Assembly (NCBI GenBank): GCA_964057225.1
Contig: OZ059896.1
Coordinates: forward strand, 23,436,001 to 23,500,000
Direction of reading: 5' to 3'
DNA from: Auanema rhodensis
Taxonomy: Eukaryota > Animalia > Nematoda
Length of the DNA stretch: 64,000 nucleotides
Shown here: piece by piece, positions 26,701-40,700 of the stretch
How the letters are laid out: each line of letters opens with the position of its first letter
How positions within the stretch are numbered: the first letter of the stretch is position 1
The notes under the pieces: model-generated
The model's input: the letters and a program-made list of their open reading frames with translations, nothing else
What the model was told of the DNA's origin: nothing
The model's database searches: none
Position numbers and translations under genes: made by a program

Positions 26701-29700
26701 TAGATTCCCCATGTCCATATTAGTCTAAAAACAAATTTTTATTGATATTGGTTCATGGTAACCATGACTTTGATATTTACGTGAACTTTAATTTATGCTA
26801 ATTAAATGTACACGTGATGTGCACTTGGTATGTAACTCGCTTCACGTGAAAGATAAAGAGATGCGGTTTTCAAAATTAGATTCCCCATGTCCATATTAGT
26901 CTAAAAACAAATTTTTATTAATATTGGTTCATGGTAACCATGTCTTTGAAATTTACGTGAACTTTAATTTATGCTAATTAAATGTACACGTGATGTGCAC
27001 TTGGTATGTAACTCGCTTCACGTGAAAGATAAAGAGATGCGGTTTTCAAAATTAGATTCCCCATGTCCATATTAGTCTAAAAACAAATTTTTATTAATAT
27101 TGGTTCATGCTAACCATGTCTTTGAAATTTACGTGAACTTTAATTTATGCTAATTAAATGTACACGTGATGTGCACTTGGTATGTAACTCGCTTCACGTG
27201 AAAGATAAAGCGATGCGGTTTTCAAAATTAGATTCCCCATGTCCATATTAGTCTAAAAACAAATTTTTATTAATATTGGTTCATGGTAACCATGTCTTTG
27301 AAATTTACGTGAACTTTAATTTATGCTAATTAAATGTACACGTGATGTGCACTTGGTATGTAACTCGCTTCACGTGAAAGATAAAGAGATGCGGTTTTTA
27401 AAATTAGATTCCCCATGTCCATATTAGTCTAAAAACAAATTTTTATTAATATTGGTTCATGGTAACCATGTCTTTGAAATTTACGTGAACTTTAATTTAT
27501 GCTAATTAAATGTACACGTGATGTGCACTTGGTATGTAACTCGCTTCACGTGAAAGATAAAGAGATGCGGTTTTCAAAATTAGATTCCCCATGTCCATAT
27601 TAGTCTAAAAACAAATTTTTATTAATATTGGTTCATGGTAACCATGTCTTTGAAATTTACGTGAACTTTAATTTATGCTAATTAAATGTACACGTGATGT
27701 GCACTTGGTATGTAACTCGCTTCACGTGAAAGATAAAGAGATGCGGTTTTCAAAATTAGATTCCCCATGTCCATATTAGTCTAAAAACAAATTTTTATTA
27801 ATATTGGTTCATGGTAACCATGTCTTTGAAATTTACGTGAACTTTAATTTATGCTAATTAAATGTACACGTGATGTGCACTTGGTATGTAACTCGCTTCA
27901 CGTGAAAGATAAAGAGATGCGGTTTTCAAAATTAGATTCCCCATGTCCATATTAGTATAAAAATAAATTTTTATTGATATTGGTTCATGGTAACCATGAC
28001 TTTGAAATTTACGTGAACTTTAATTTATGCTAATTAAATGTACACGTGATGTGCACTTGGTATGTAACTCGCTTCACGTGAAAGATAAAGAGATGCGGTT
28101 TTCAAAATTAGATTCCCCATGTCCATATTAGTCTAAAAACAAATTTTTATTAATATTGGTTCATGGTAACCATGTCTTTGAAATTTACGTGAACTTTAAT
28201 TTATGCTAATTAAATGTACACGTGATGTGCACTTGGTATGTAACTCGCTTCACGTAAAAGATAAAGAGATGCGGTTTTCAAAATTAGATTCCCCATGTCC
28301 ATATTAGTCTAAAAACAAATTTTTATTGATATTGGTTCATGGTAACCATGATTTTGAAATTTACGTGAACTTTAATTTATGCTAATTAAATGTACACGTG
28401 ATGTGCACTTGGTATGTAACTCGCTTCAAGTGAAAGATAAAGAAATGCGGTTTTCAAAATTAGATTCCCCATGTCTATTTTAGTCTAAAAACAAATTTTT
28501 ATTGATATTGGTTCATGGTAACCATGACTTTGAAATTTACGTGAACTTTAATTTATGCTAATTAAATGTACACGTGATGTGCACTTGGTATGTAACTCGC
28601 TTCACGTGAAAGATAAAGAGATGCGGTTTTCAAAATTAGATTCCCCATGTCCATATTAGTCTAAAAACAAATTTTTATTGATATTGGTTCATGGTAACCA
28701 TGACTTTGATATTTACGTGAACTTTAATTTATGCTAATTAAATGTACACGTGATGTGCACTTGGTATGTAACTCGCTTCACGTGAAAGATAAAGAGATGC
28801 GGTTTTCAAAATTAGATTCCCCATGTCCATATTAGTCTAAAAACAAATTTTTATTGATATTGGTGCATGGTAACCATGACTTTGAAATTTACGTGAACTT
28901 TAATTTATGCTAATTAAATGTACACGTGATGTGCACTTGGTATGTAACTCGCTTCACGTAAAAGATAAAGAGATGCGGTTTTCAAAATTAGATTCCCCAT
29001 GTCCATATTAGTCTAAAAACAAATTTTTATTGATATTGGTTCATGGTAACCATGACTTTGATATTTACGTGAACTTTAATTTATGCTAATTAAATGTACA
29101 CTTGATGTACACTTGGTATGTAACTCGCTTCACGTGAAAGATAAAGAGATGCGGTTTTCAAAATTAGATTCCCCATGTCCATATTAGTTTAAAAACAAAT
29201 TTTTATTGATATTGGTGCATGGTAACCATGACTTTGAAATTTACGTGAACTTTAATTTATGCTAATTAAATGTACACGTGATGTGCACTTGGTATGTAAC
29301 TCGCTTCACGTGAAAGATAAAGAGATGCGGTTTTCAAAATTAGATTTCCCATGTCCATATTAGTATAAAAATAAATTTTTATTGATATTGGTTCATGGTA
29401 ACCATGACTTTGAAATTTACGTGAACTTTAATTTATGCTAATTAAATGTACACGTGATGTGCACTTGGTATGTAACTCGCTTCACGTGAAAGATAAAGAG
29501 ATGCGGTTTTCAAAATTAGATTCCCCATGTCCATATTAGTCTAAAAACAAATTTTTATTGATATTGGTTCATGGTAACCATGATTTTGAAATTTACGTGA
29601 ACTTTAATTTATGCTAATTAAATGTACACGTGATGTGCACTTGGTATGTAACTCGCTTCACGTGAAAGATAAAGAGATGCGGTTTTCAAAATTAGATTCC

Positions 29701-32700
29701 CCATGTCCATTTTAGTCTAAAAACAAATTTTTATTGATATTGGTTCATGGTAACCATGACTTTGAAATTTACGTGAACTTTAATTTATGCTAATTAAATG
29801 TACACGTGCTGTGCACTTGGTATGTAACTCGCTTCACGTGAAAGATAAAGAGATGCGGTTTTCAAAATTAGATTCCCCATGTCCATATTAGTTTAAAAAC
29901 AAATTTTTATTGATATTGGTTCATGGTAACCATGACTTTGATATTTACGTGAACTTTAATTTATGCTAATTAAATGTACACGTGATGTGCACTTGGTATG
30001 TAACTCGCTTCACGTGAAAGATAAAGAGATGCGGTTTTCAAAATTAGATTCCCCATGTCCATATTAGTCTAAAAACAAATTTTTATTGATATTGGTGCAT
30101 GGTAACCATGACTTTGAAATTTACGTGAACTTTAATTTATGCTAATTAAATGTACACGTGATGTGCACTTGGTATGTAACTCGCTTCACGTGAAAGATAA
30201 AGAGATGCGGTTTTCAAAATTAGATTCCCCATGTCCATATTAGTCAAAAAACAAATTTTTATTGATATTGGTTCATGGTAACCATGATTTTGAAATTTAC
30301 GTGAACTTTAATTTATGCTAATTAAATGTACACGTGATTTGCACTTGGTATGTAACTCGCTTCACGTGAAAGATAAAGAAATGCGGTTTTCAAAATTAGA
30401 TTCCCCATGTCCATTTTAGTCTAAAAACAAATTTTTATTGATATTGGTTCATGGTAACCATGACTTTGAAATTTACGTGAACTTTAATTTATGCTAATTA
30501 AATGTACACGTGCTGTGCACTTGGTATGTAACTCGCTTCACGTGAAAGATAAAGAGATGCGGTTTTCAAAATTAGATTCCCCATGTCCATATTAGTTTAA
30601 AAACAAATTTTTATTGATATTGGTTCATGGTAACCATGACTTTGATATTTACGTGAACTTTAATTTATGCTAATTAAATGTACACGTGATGTGCACTTGG
30701 TATGTAACTCGCTTCACGTGAAAGATAAAGAGATGCGGTTTTCAAAATTAGATTCCCCATGTCCATATTAGTCTAAAAACAAATTTTTATTGATATTGGT
30801 GCATGGTAACCATGACTTTGAAATTTACGTGAACTTTAATTTATGCTAATTAAATGTACACTTGATGTACACTTGGTATGTAACTCGCTTCACGTGAAAG
30901 ATAAAGAGATGCGGTTTACAAAATTAGATTCCCCATGTCCATATTAGTCTAAAAACAAATTTTTATTGATATTGGTTCATGGTAACCATGACTTTGAAAT
31001 TTACGTGAACTTTAATTTATGCTAATTAAATGTACACGTGATGTGCACTTGGTATGTAACTCGCTTCACGTGAAAGATAAAGAGATGCGGTTTTCAAAAT
31101 TAGATTCCCCATGTCCATATTAGTCTAAAAACAAATTTTTATTGATATTGGTTCATGGTAACCATGACTTTGAAATTTACGTGAACTTTAATTTATGCTA
31201 ATTAAATGTACACGTGATGTGCACTTGGTATGTAACTCGCTTCACGTGAAAGATAAAGAGATGCGGTTTTCAAAATTAGATTCCCCATGTCCATATTAGT
31301 CTAAAAACAAATTTTTATTGATATTGATTCATGGTAACCATGACTTTGAAATTTACGTGAACTTTAATTTATGCTAATTAAATGTACACGTGATGTGCAC
31401 TTGGTATGTAACTCGCTTCACGTGAAAGATAAAGAGATGCGGTTTTCAAAATTAGATTCCCCATGTCCATATTAGTCTAAAAACAAATTTTTATTGATAT
31501 TGGTTCATGGTAACCATGATTTTGAAATTTACGTGAACTTTAATTTATGCTAATTAAATGTACACGTGATGTGCACTTGGTATGTAACTCGCTTCACGTG
31601 AAAGATAAAGAAATGCGGTTTTCAAAATTAGATTCCCCATGTCCATTTTAGTCTGAAAACAAATTTTTATTGATATTGGTTCATGGTAACCATGATTTTG
31701 AAATTTACGTGAACTTTAATTTATGCTAATTAAATGTACACGTGATGTGCACTTGGTATGTAACTCGCTTCACGTGAAAGATAAAGAAATGCGGTTTTCA
31801 AAATTAGATTCCCCATGTCCATTTTAGTCTAAAAACAAATTTTTATTGATATTGGTTCATGGTAACCATGACTTTGAAATTTACGTGAACTTTAATTTAT
31901 GCTAATTAAATGTACACGTGCTGTGCACTTGGTATGTAACTCGCTTCACGTGAAAGATAAAGAGATGCGGTTTTCAAAATTAGATTCCCCATGTCCATAT
32001 TAGTTTAAAAACAAATTTTTATTGATATTGGTTCATGGTAACCATGACTTTGAAATTTACGTGAACTTTAATTTATGCTAATTAAATGTACACTTGATGT
32101 ACACTTGGTATGTAACTCGCTTCACGTGAAAGATAAAGAGATGCGGTTTTCAAAATTAGATTCCCCATGTCCATATTAGTCTAAAAACAAATTTTTATTA
32201 ATATTGGTTCATGGTAACCATGTCTTTGAAATTTACGTGAACTTTAATTTATGCTAATTAAATGTACACGTGATGTGCACTTGGTATGTAACTCGCTTCA
32301 CGTGAAAGATAAAGAGATGCGGTTTTCAAAATTAGATTCCCCATGTCCATATTAGTATAAAAATAAATTTTTATTGATATTGGTTCATGGTAACCATGAC
32401 TTTGAAATTTACGTGAACTTTAATTTATGCTAATTAAATGTACACGTGATGTGCACTTGGTATGTAACTCGCTTCACGTGAAAGATAAAGAGATGCGGTT
32501 TTCAAAATTAGATTCCCCATGTCCATATTAGTCTAAAAACAAATTTTTATTAATATTGGTTCATGGTAACCATGTCTTTGAAATTTACGTGAACTTTAAT
32601 TTATGCTAATTAAATGTACACGTGATGTGCACTTGGTATGTAACTCGCTTCACGTAAAAGATAAAGAGATGCGGTTTTCAAAATTAGATTCCCCATGTCC

Positions 32701-35700
32701 ATATTAGTCTAAAAACAAATTTTTATTGATATTGGTTCATGGTAACCATGATTTTGAAATTTACGTGAACTTTAATTTATGCTAATTAAATGTACACGTG
32801 ATGTGCACTTGGTATGTAACTCGCTTCACGTGAAAGATAAAGAAATGCGGTTTTCAAAATTAGATTCCCCATGTCCATTTTAGTCTAAAAACAAATTTTT
32901 ATTGATATTGGTTCATGGTAACCATGACTTTGAAATTTACGTGAACTTTAATTTATGCTAATTAAATGTACACGTGATGTGCACTTGGTATGTAACTCGC
33001 TTCACGTGAAAGATAAAGAGATGCGGTTTTCAAAATTAGATTCCCCATGTCCATATTAGTCTAAAAACAAATTTTTATTGATATTGGTTCATGGTAACCA
33101 TGACTTTGATATTTACGTGAACTTTAATTTATGCTAATTAAATGTACACGTGATGTGCACTTGGTATGTAACTCGCTTCACGTGAAAGATAAAGAGATGC
33201 GGTTTTCAAAATTAGATTCCCCATGTCCATATTAGTCTAAAAACAAATTTTTGTTGATATTGGTGCATGGTAACCATGACTTTGAAATTTACGTGAACTT
33301 TAATTTATGCTAATTAAATGTACACGTGATGTGCACTTGGTATGTAACTCGCTTCACGTAAAAGATAAAGAGATGCGGTTTTCAAAATTAGATTCCCCAT
33401 GTCCATATTAGTCTAAAAACAAATTTTTATTGATATTGGTGCATGGTAACCATGACTTTGAAATTTACGTGAACTTTAATTTATGCTAATTAAATGTACA
33501 CGTGATGTGCACTTGGTATGTAACTCGCTTCACGTAAAAGATAAAGAGATGCGGTTTTCAAAATTAGATTCCCCATGTCCATATTAGTCTAAAAACAAAT
33601 TTTTATTGATATTGGTTCATGGTAACCATGACTTTGATATTTACGTGAACTTTAATTTATGCTAATTAAATGTACACTTGATGTACACTTGGTATGTAAC
33701 TCGCTTCACGTGAAAGATAAAGAGATGCGGTTTTCAAAATTAGATTCCCCATGTCCATATTAGTTTAAAAACAAATTTTTATTGATATTGGTGCATGGTA
33801 ACCATGACTTTGAAATTTACGTGAACTTTAATTTATGCTAATTAAATGTACACGTGATGTGCACTTGGTATGTAACTCGCTTCACGTGAAAGATAAAGAG
33901 ATGCGGTTTTCAAAATTAGATTTCCCATGTCCATATTAGTATAAAAATAAATTTTTATTGATATTGGTTCATGGTAACCATGACTTTGAAATTTACGTGA
34001 ACTTTAATTTATGCTAATTAAATGTACACGTGATGTGCACTTGGTATGTAACTCGCTTCACGTGAAAGATAAAGAGATGCGGTTTTCAAAATTAGATTCC
34101 CCATGTCCATATTAGTCTAAAAACAAATTTTTATTGATATTGGTTCATGGTAACCATGATTTTGAAATTTACGTGAACTTTAATTCATGCTAATTAAATG
34201 TACACGTGATGTGCACTTGGTATGTAACTCGCTTCACGTGAAAGATAAAGAAATGCGGTTTTCAAAATTAGATTCCCCATGTCCATTTTAGTCTAAAAAC
34301 AAATTTTTATTGATATTGGTTCATGGTAACCATGATTTTGAAATTTACGTGAACTTTAATTTATGCTAATTAAATGTACACGTGATGTGCACTTGGTATG
34401 TAACTCGCTTCACGTGAAAGATAAAGAAATGCGGTTTTCAAAATTAGATTCCCCATGTCCATTTTAGTCCAAAAACAAATTTTTATTGATATTGGTTCAT
34501 GGTAACCATGACTTTGAAATTTACGTGAACTTTAATTTATGCTAATTAAATGTACACGTGCTGTGCACTTGGTATGTAACTCGCTTCACGTGAAAGATAA
34601 AGAGATGCGGTTTTCAAAATTAGATTCCCCATGTCCATATTAGTTTAAAAACAAATTTTTATTGATATTGGTTCATGGTAACCATGACTTTGATATTTAC
34701 GTGAACTTTAATTTATGCTAATTAAATGTACACGTGATGTGCACTTGGTATGTAACTCGCTTCACGTGAAAGATAAAGAGATGCGGTTTTCAAAATTAGA
34801 TTCCCCATGTCCATATTAGTCTAAAAACAAATTTTTATTGATATTGGTGCATGGTAACCATGACTTTGAAATTTACGTGAACTTTAATTTATGCTAATTA
34901 AATGTACACGTGATGTGCACTTGGTATGTAACTCGCTTCACGTGAAAGATAAAGAGATGCGGTTTTCAAAATTAGATTCCCCATGTCCATATTAGTCAAA
35001 AAACAAATTTTTATTGATATTGGTTCATGGTAACCATGATTTTGAAATTTACGTGAACTTTAATTTATGCTAATTAAATGTACACGTGATTTGCACTTGG
35101 TATGTAACTCGCTTCACGTGAAAGATAAAGAAATGCGGTTTTCAAAATTAGATTCCCCATGTCCATTTTAGTCTAAAAACAAATTTTTATTGATATTGGT
35201 TCATGGTAACCATGACTTTGAAATTTACGTGAACTTTAATTTATGCTAATTAAATGTACACGTGCTGTGCACTTGGTATGTAACTCGCTTCACGTGAAAG
35301 ATAAAGAGATGCGGTTTTCAAAATTAGATTCCCCATGTCCAAATTAGTTTAAAAACAAATTTTTATTGATATTGGTTCATGGTAACCATGACTTTGATAT
35401 TTACGTGAACTTTAATTTATGCTAATTAAATGTACACGTGATGTGCACTTGGTATGTAACTCGCTTCACGTGAAAGATAAAGAGATGCGGTTTTCAAAAT
35501 TAGATTCCCCATGTCCATATTAGTCTAAAAACAAATTTTTATTGATATTGGTGCATGGTAACCATGACTTTGAAATTTACGTGAACTTTAATTTATGCTA
35601 ATTAAATGTACACTTGATGTACACTTGGTATGTAACTCGCTTCACGTGAAAGATAAAGAGATGCGGTTTACAAAATTAGATTCCCCATGTCCATATTAGT

Positions 35701-38700
35701 CTAAAAACAAATTTTTATTGATATTGGTTCATGGTAACCATGACTTTGAAATTTACGTGAACTTTAATTTATGCTAATTAAATGTACACGTGATGTGCAC
35801 TTGGTATGTAACTCGCTTCACGTGAAAGATAAAGAGATGCGGTTTTCAAAATTAGATTCCCCATGTCCATATTAGTCTAAAAACAAATTTTTATTGATAT
35901 TGGTTCATGGTAACCATGACTTTGAAATTTACGTGAACTTTAATTTATGCTAATTAAATGTACACGTGATGTGCACTTGGTATGTAACTCGCTTCACGTG
36001 AAAGATAAAGAGATGCGGTTTTCAAAATTAGATTCCCCATGTCCATATTAGTCTAAAAACAAATTTTTATTGATATTGGTTCATGGTAACCATGACTTTG
36101 AAATTTACGTGAACTTTAATTTATGCTAATTAAATGTACACGTGATGTGCACTTGGTATGTAACTCGCTTCACGTGAAAGATAAAGAGATGCGGTTTTCA
36201 AAATTAGATTCCCCATGTCCATATTAGTCTAAAAACAAATTTTTATTGATATTGGTTCATGGTAACCATGACTTTGAAATTTACGTGAACTTTAATTTAT
36301 GCTAATTAAATGTACACGTGATGTGCACTTGGTATGTAACTCGCTTCACGTGAAAGATAAAGAGATGCGGTTTTCAAAATTAGATTCCCCATGTCCATAT
36401 TAGTCTAAAAACAAATTTTTATTGATATTGGTTCATGGTAACCATGACTTTGAAATTTACGTGAACTTTAATTTATGCTAATTAAATGTACACGTGATGT
36501 GCACTTGGTATGTAACTCGCTTCACGTGAAAGATAAAGAGATGCGGTTTTCAAAATTAGATTCCCCATGTCCATATTAGTCTAAAAACAAATTTTTATTG
36601 ATATTGGTTCATGGTAACCATGATTTTGAAATTTACGTGAACTTTAATTTATGCTAATTAAATGTACACGTGATGTGCACTTGGTATGTAACTCGCTTCA
36701 CGTGAAAGATAAAGAAATGCAGTTTTCAAAATTAGATTCCCCATGTCCATTTTAGTCTAAAAACAAATTTTTATTGATATTGGTTCATGGTAACCATGAT
36801 TTTGAAATTTACGTGAACTTTAATTTATGCTAATTAAATGTACACGTGATGTGCACTTGGTATGTAACTCGCTTCACGTGAAAGATAAAGAAATGCGGTT
36901 TTCAAAATTAGATTCCCCATGTCCATTTTAGTCTAAAAACAAATTTTTATTGATATTGGTTCATGGTAACCATGACTTTGAAATTTACGTGAACTTTAAT
37001 TTATGCTAATTAAATGTACACGTGCTGTGCACTTGGTATGTAACTCGCTTCACGTGAAAGATAAAGAGATGCGGTTTTCAAAATTAGATTCCCCATGTCC
37101 ATATTAGTTTAAAAACAAATTTTTATTGATATTGGTTCATGGTAACCATGACTTTGATATTTACGTGAACTTTAATTTATGCTAATTAAATGTACACGTG
37201 ATGTGCACTTGGTATGTAACTCGCTTCACGTGAAAGATAAAGAGATGCGGTTTTCAAAATTAGATTCCCCATGTCCATATTAGTCTAAAAACAAATTTTT
37301 ATTGATATTGGTGCATGGTAACCATGACTTTGAAATTTACGTGAACTTTAATTTATGCTAATTAAATGTACACGTGATGTGCACTTGGTATGTAACTCGC
37401 TTCACGTGAAAGATAAAGAGATGCGGTTTTCAAAATTAGATTCCCCATGTCCATATTAGTCAAAAAACAAATTTTTATTGATATTGGTTCATGGTAACCA
37501 TGATTTTGAAATTTACGTGAACTTTAATTTATGCTAATTAAATGTACACGTGATTTGCACTTGGTATGTAACTCGCTTCACGTGAAAGATAAAGAAATGC
37601 GGTTTTCAAAATTAGATTCCCCATGTCCATTTTAGTCTAAAAACAAATTTTTATTGATATTGGTTCATGGTAACCATGACTTTGAAATTTACGTGAACTT
37701 TAATTTATGCTAATTAAATGTACACGTGCTGTGCACTTGGTATGTAACTCGCTTCACGTGAAAGATAAAGAGATGCGGTTTTCAAAATTAGATTCCCCAT
37801 GTCCATATTAGTTTAAAAACAAATTTTTATTGATATTGGTTCATGGTAACCATGACTTTGATATTTACGTGAACTTTAATTTATGCTAATTAAATGTACA
37901 CGTGATGTGCACTTGGTATGTAACTCGCTTCACGTGAAAGATAAAGAGATGCGGTTTTCAAAATTAGATTCCCCATGTCCATATTAGTCTAAAAACAAAT
38001 TTTTATTGATATTGGTGCATGGTAACCATGACTTTGAAATTTACGTGAACTTTAATTTATGCTAATTAAATGTACACTTGATGTACACTTGGTATGTAAC
38101 TCGCTTCACGTGAAAGATAAAGAGATGCGGTTTACAAAATTAGATTCCCCATGTCCATATTAGTCTAAAAACAAATTTTTATTGATATTGGTTCATGGTA
38201 ACCATGACTTTGAAATTTACGTGAACTTTAATTTATGCTAATTAAATGTACACGTGATGTGCACTTGGTATGTAACTCGCTTCACGTGAAAGATAAAGAG
38301 ATGCGGTTTTCAAAATTAGATTCCCCATGTCCATATTAGTCTAAAAACAAATTTTTATTGATATTGGTTCATGGTAACCATGACTTTGAAATTTACGTGA
38401 ACTTTAATTTATGCTAATTAAATGTACACGTGATGTGCACTTGGTATGTAACTCGCTTCACGTGAAAGATAAAGAGATGCGGTTTTCAAAATTAGATTCC
38501 CCATGTCCATATTAGTCTAAAAACAAATTTTTATTGATATTGGTTCATGGTAACCATGACTTTGAAATTTACGTGAACTTTAATTTATGCTAATTAAATG
38601 TACACGTGATGTGCACTTGGTATGTAACTCGCTTCACGTGAAAGATAAAGAGATGCGGTTTTCAAAATTAGATTCCCCATGTCCATATTAGTCTAAAAAC

Positions 38701-40700
38701 AAATTTTTATTGATATTGGTTCATGGTAACCATGATTTTGAAATTTACGTGAACTTTAATTTATGCTAATTAAATGTACACGTGATGTGCACTTGGTATG
38801 TAACTCGCTTCACGTGAAAGATAAAGAAATGCGGTTTTCAAAATTAGATTCCCCATGTCCATTTTAGTCTAAAAACAAATTTTTATTGATATTGGTTCAT
38901 GGTAACCATGATTTTGAAATTTACGTGAACTTTAATTTATGCTAATTAAATGTACACGTGATGTGCACTTGGTATGTAACTCGCTTCACGTGAAAGATAA
39001 AGAAATGCGGTTTTCAAAATTAGATTCCCCATGTCCATTTTAGTCTAAAAACAAATTTTTATTGATATTGGTTCATGGTAACCATGACTTTGAAATTTAC
39101 GTGAACTTTAATTTATGCTAATTAAATGTACACGTGCTGTGCACTTGGTATGTAACTCGCTTCACGTGAAAGATAAAGAGATGCGGTTTTCAAAATTAGA
39201 TTCCCCATGTCCATATTAGTTTAAAAACAAATTTTTATTGATATTGGTTCATGGTAACCATGACTTTGATATTTACGTGAACTTTAATTTATGCTAATTA
39301 AATGTACACGTGATGTGCACTTGGTATGTAACTCGCTACACGTGAAAGATAAAGAGATGCGGTTTTCAAAATTAGATTCCCCATGTCCATATTAGTCTAA
39401 AAACAAATTTTTATTGATATTGGTTCATGGTAACCATGACTTTGAAATTTACGTGAACTTTAATTTATGCTAATTAAATGTACACGTGATGTGCACTTGG
39501 TATGTAACTCGCTTCACGTGAAAGATGAAGAGATGCGGTTTTCAAAATTAGATTCCACATGTCCATATTAGTCTAAAAACAAATTTTTATTGATATTGGT
39601 TCATGGTAACCATGACTTTGAAATTTACGTGAACTTTAATTTATGCTAATTAAATGTACACGTGATGTGCACTTGGTATGTAACTCGCTTCACGTGAAAG
39701 ATAAAGAGATGCGGTTTTCAAAATTAGATTCCCCATGTCCATATTAGTCTAAAAACAAATTTTTATTGATATTGGTTCATGGTAACCATGATTTTGAAAT
39801 TTACGTGAACTTTAATTTATGCTAATTAAATGTACACGTGATGTGCACTTGGTATGTAACTCGCTTCACGTGAAAGATAAAGAAATGCGGTTTTCAAAAT
39901 TAGATTCCCCATGTCCATTTTAGTCTAAAAACAAATTTTTATTGATATTGGTTCATGGTAACCATGATTTTGAAATTTACGTGAACTTTAATTTATGCTA
40001 ATTAAATGTACACGTGATGTGCACTTGGTATGTAACTCGCTTCACGTGAAAGATAAAGAAATGCGGTTTTCAAAATTAGATTCCCCATGTCCATTTTAGT
40101 CTAAAAACAAATTTTTATTGATATTGGTTCATGGTAACCATGACTTTGAAATTTACGTGAACTTTAATTTATGCTAATTAAATGTACACGTGCTGTGCAC
40201 TTGGTATGTAACTCGCTTCACGTGAAAGATAAAGAGATGCGGTTTTCAAAATTAGATTCCCCATGTCCATATTAGTTTAAAAACAAATTTTTATTGATAT
40301 TGGTTCATGGTAACCATGACTTTGATATTTACGTGAACTTTAATTTATGCTAATTAAATGTACACGTGATGTGCACTTGGTATGTAACTCGCTTCACGTG
40401 AAAGATAAAGAGATGCGGTTTTCAAAATTAGATTCCCCATGTCCATATTAGTCTAAAAACAAATTTTTATTGATATTGGTGCATGGTAACCATGACTTTG
40501 AAATTTACGTGAACTTTAATTTATGCTAATTAAATGTACACTTGATGTACACTTGGTATGTAACTCGCTTCACGTGAAAGATAAAGAGATGCGGTTTACA
40601 AAATTAGATTCCCCATGTCCATATTAGTCTAAAAACAAATTTTTATTGATATTGGTTCATGGTAACCATGACTTTGAAATTTACGTGAACTTTAATTTAT
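23731..40700. repeat. Variant-rich transition and G167/A14 domain with irregular higher-order units (14- and 27-monomer spacings)
   Basis: T117A at 30918, 35670, 38134, 40598 (offsets 27, 14, 14 monomers). T149A at 30246, 34998, 37462 (27, 14). Local markers A21T, A64C+C148T, G95A, G61T+G68A, C148A+C155T. Confidence 0.8.
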
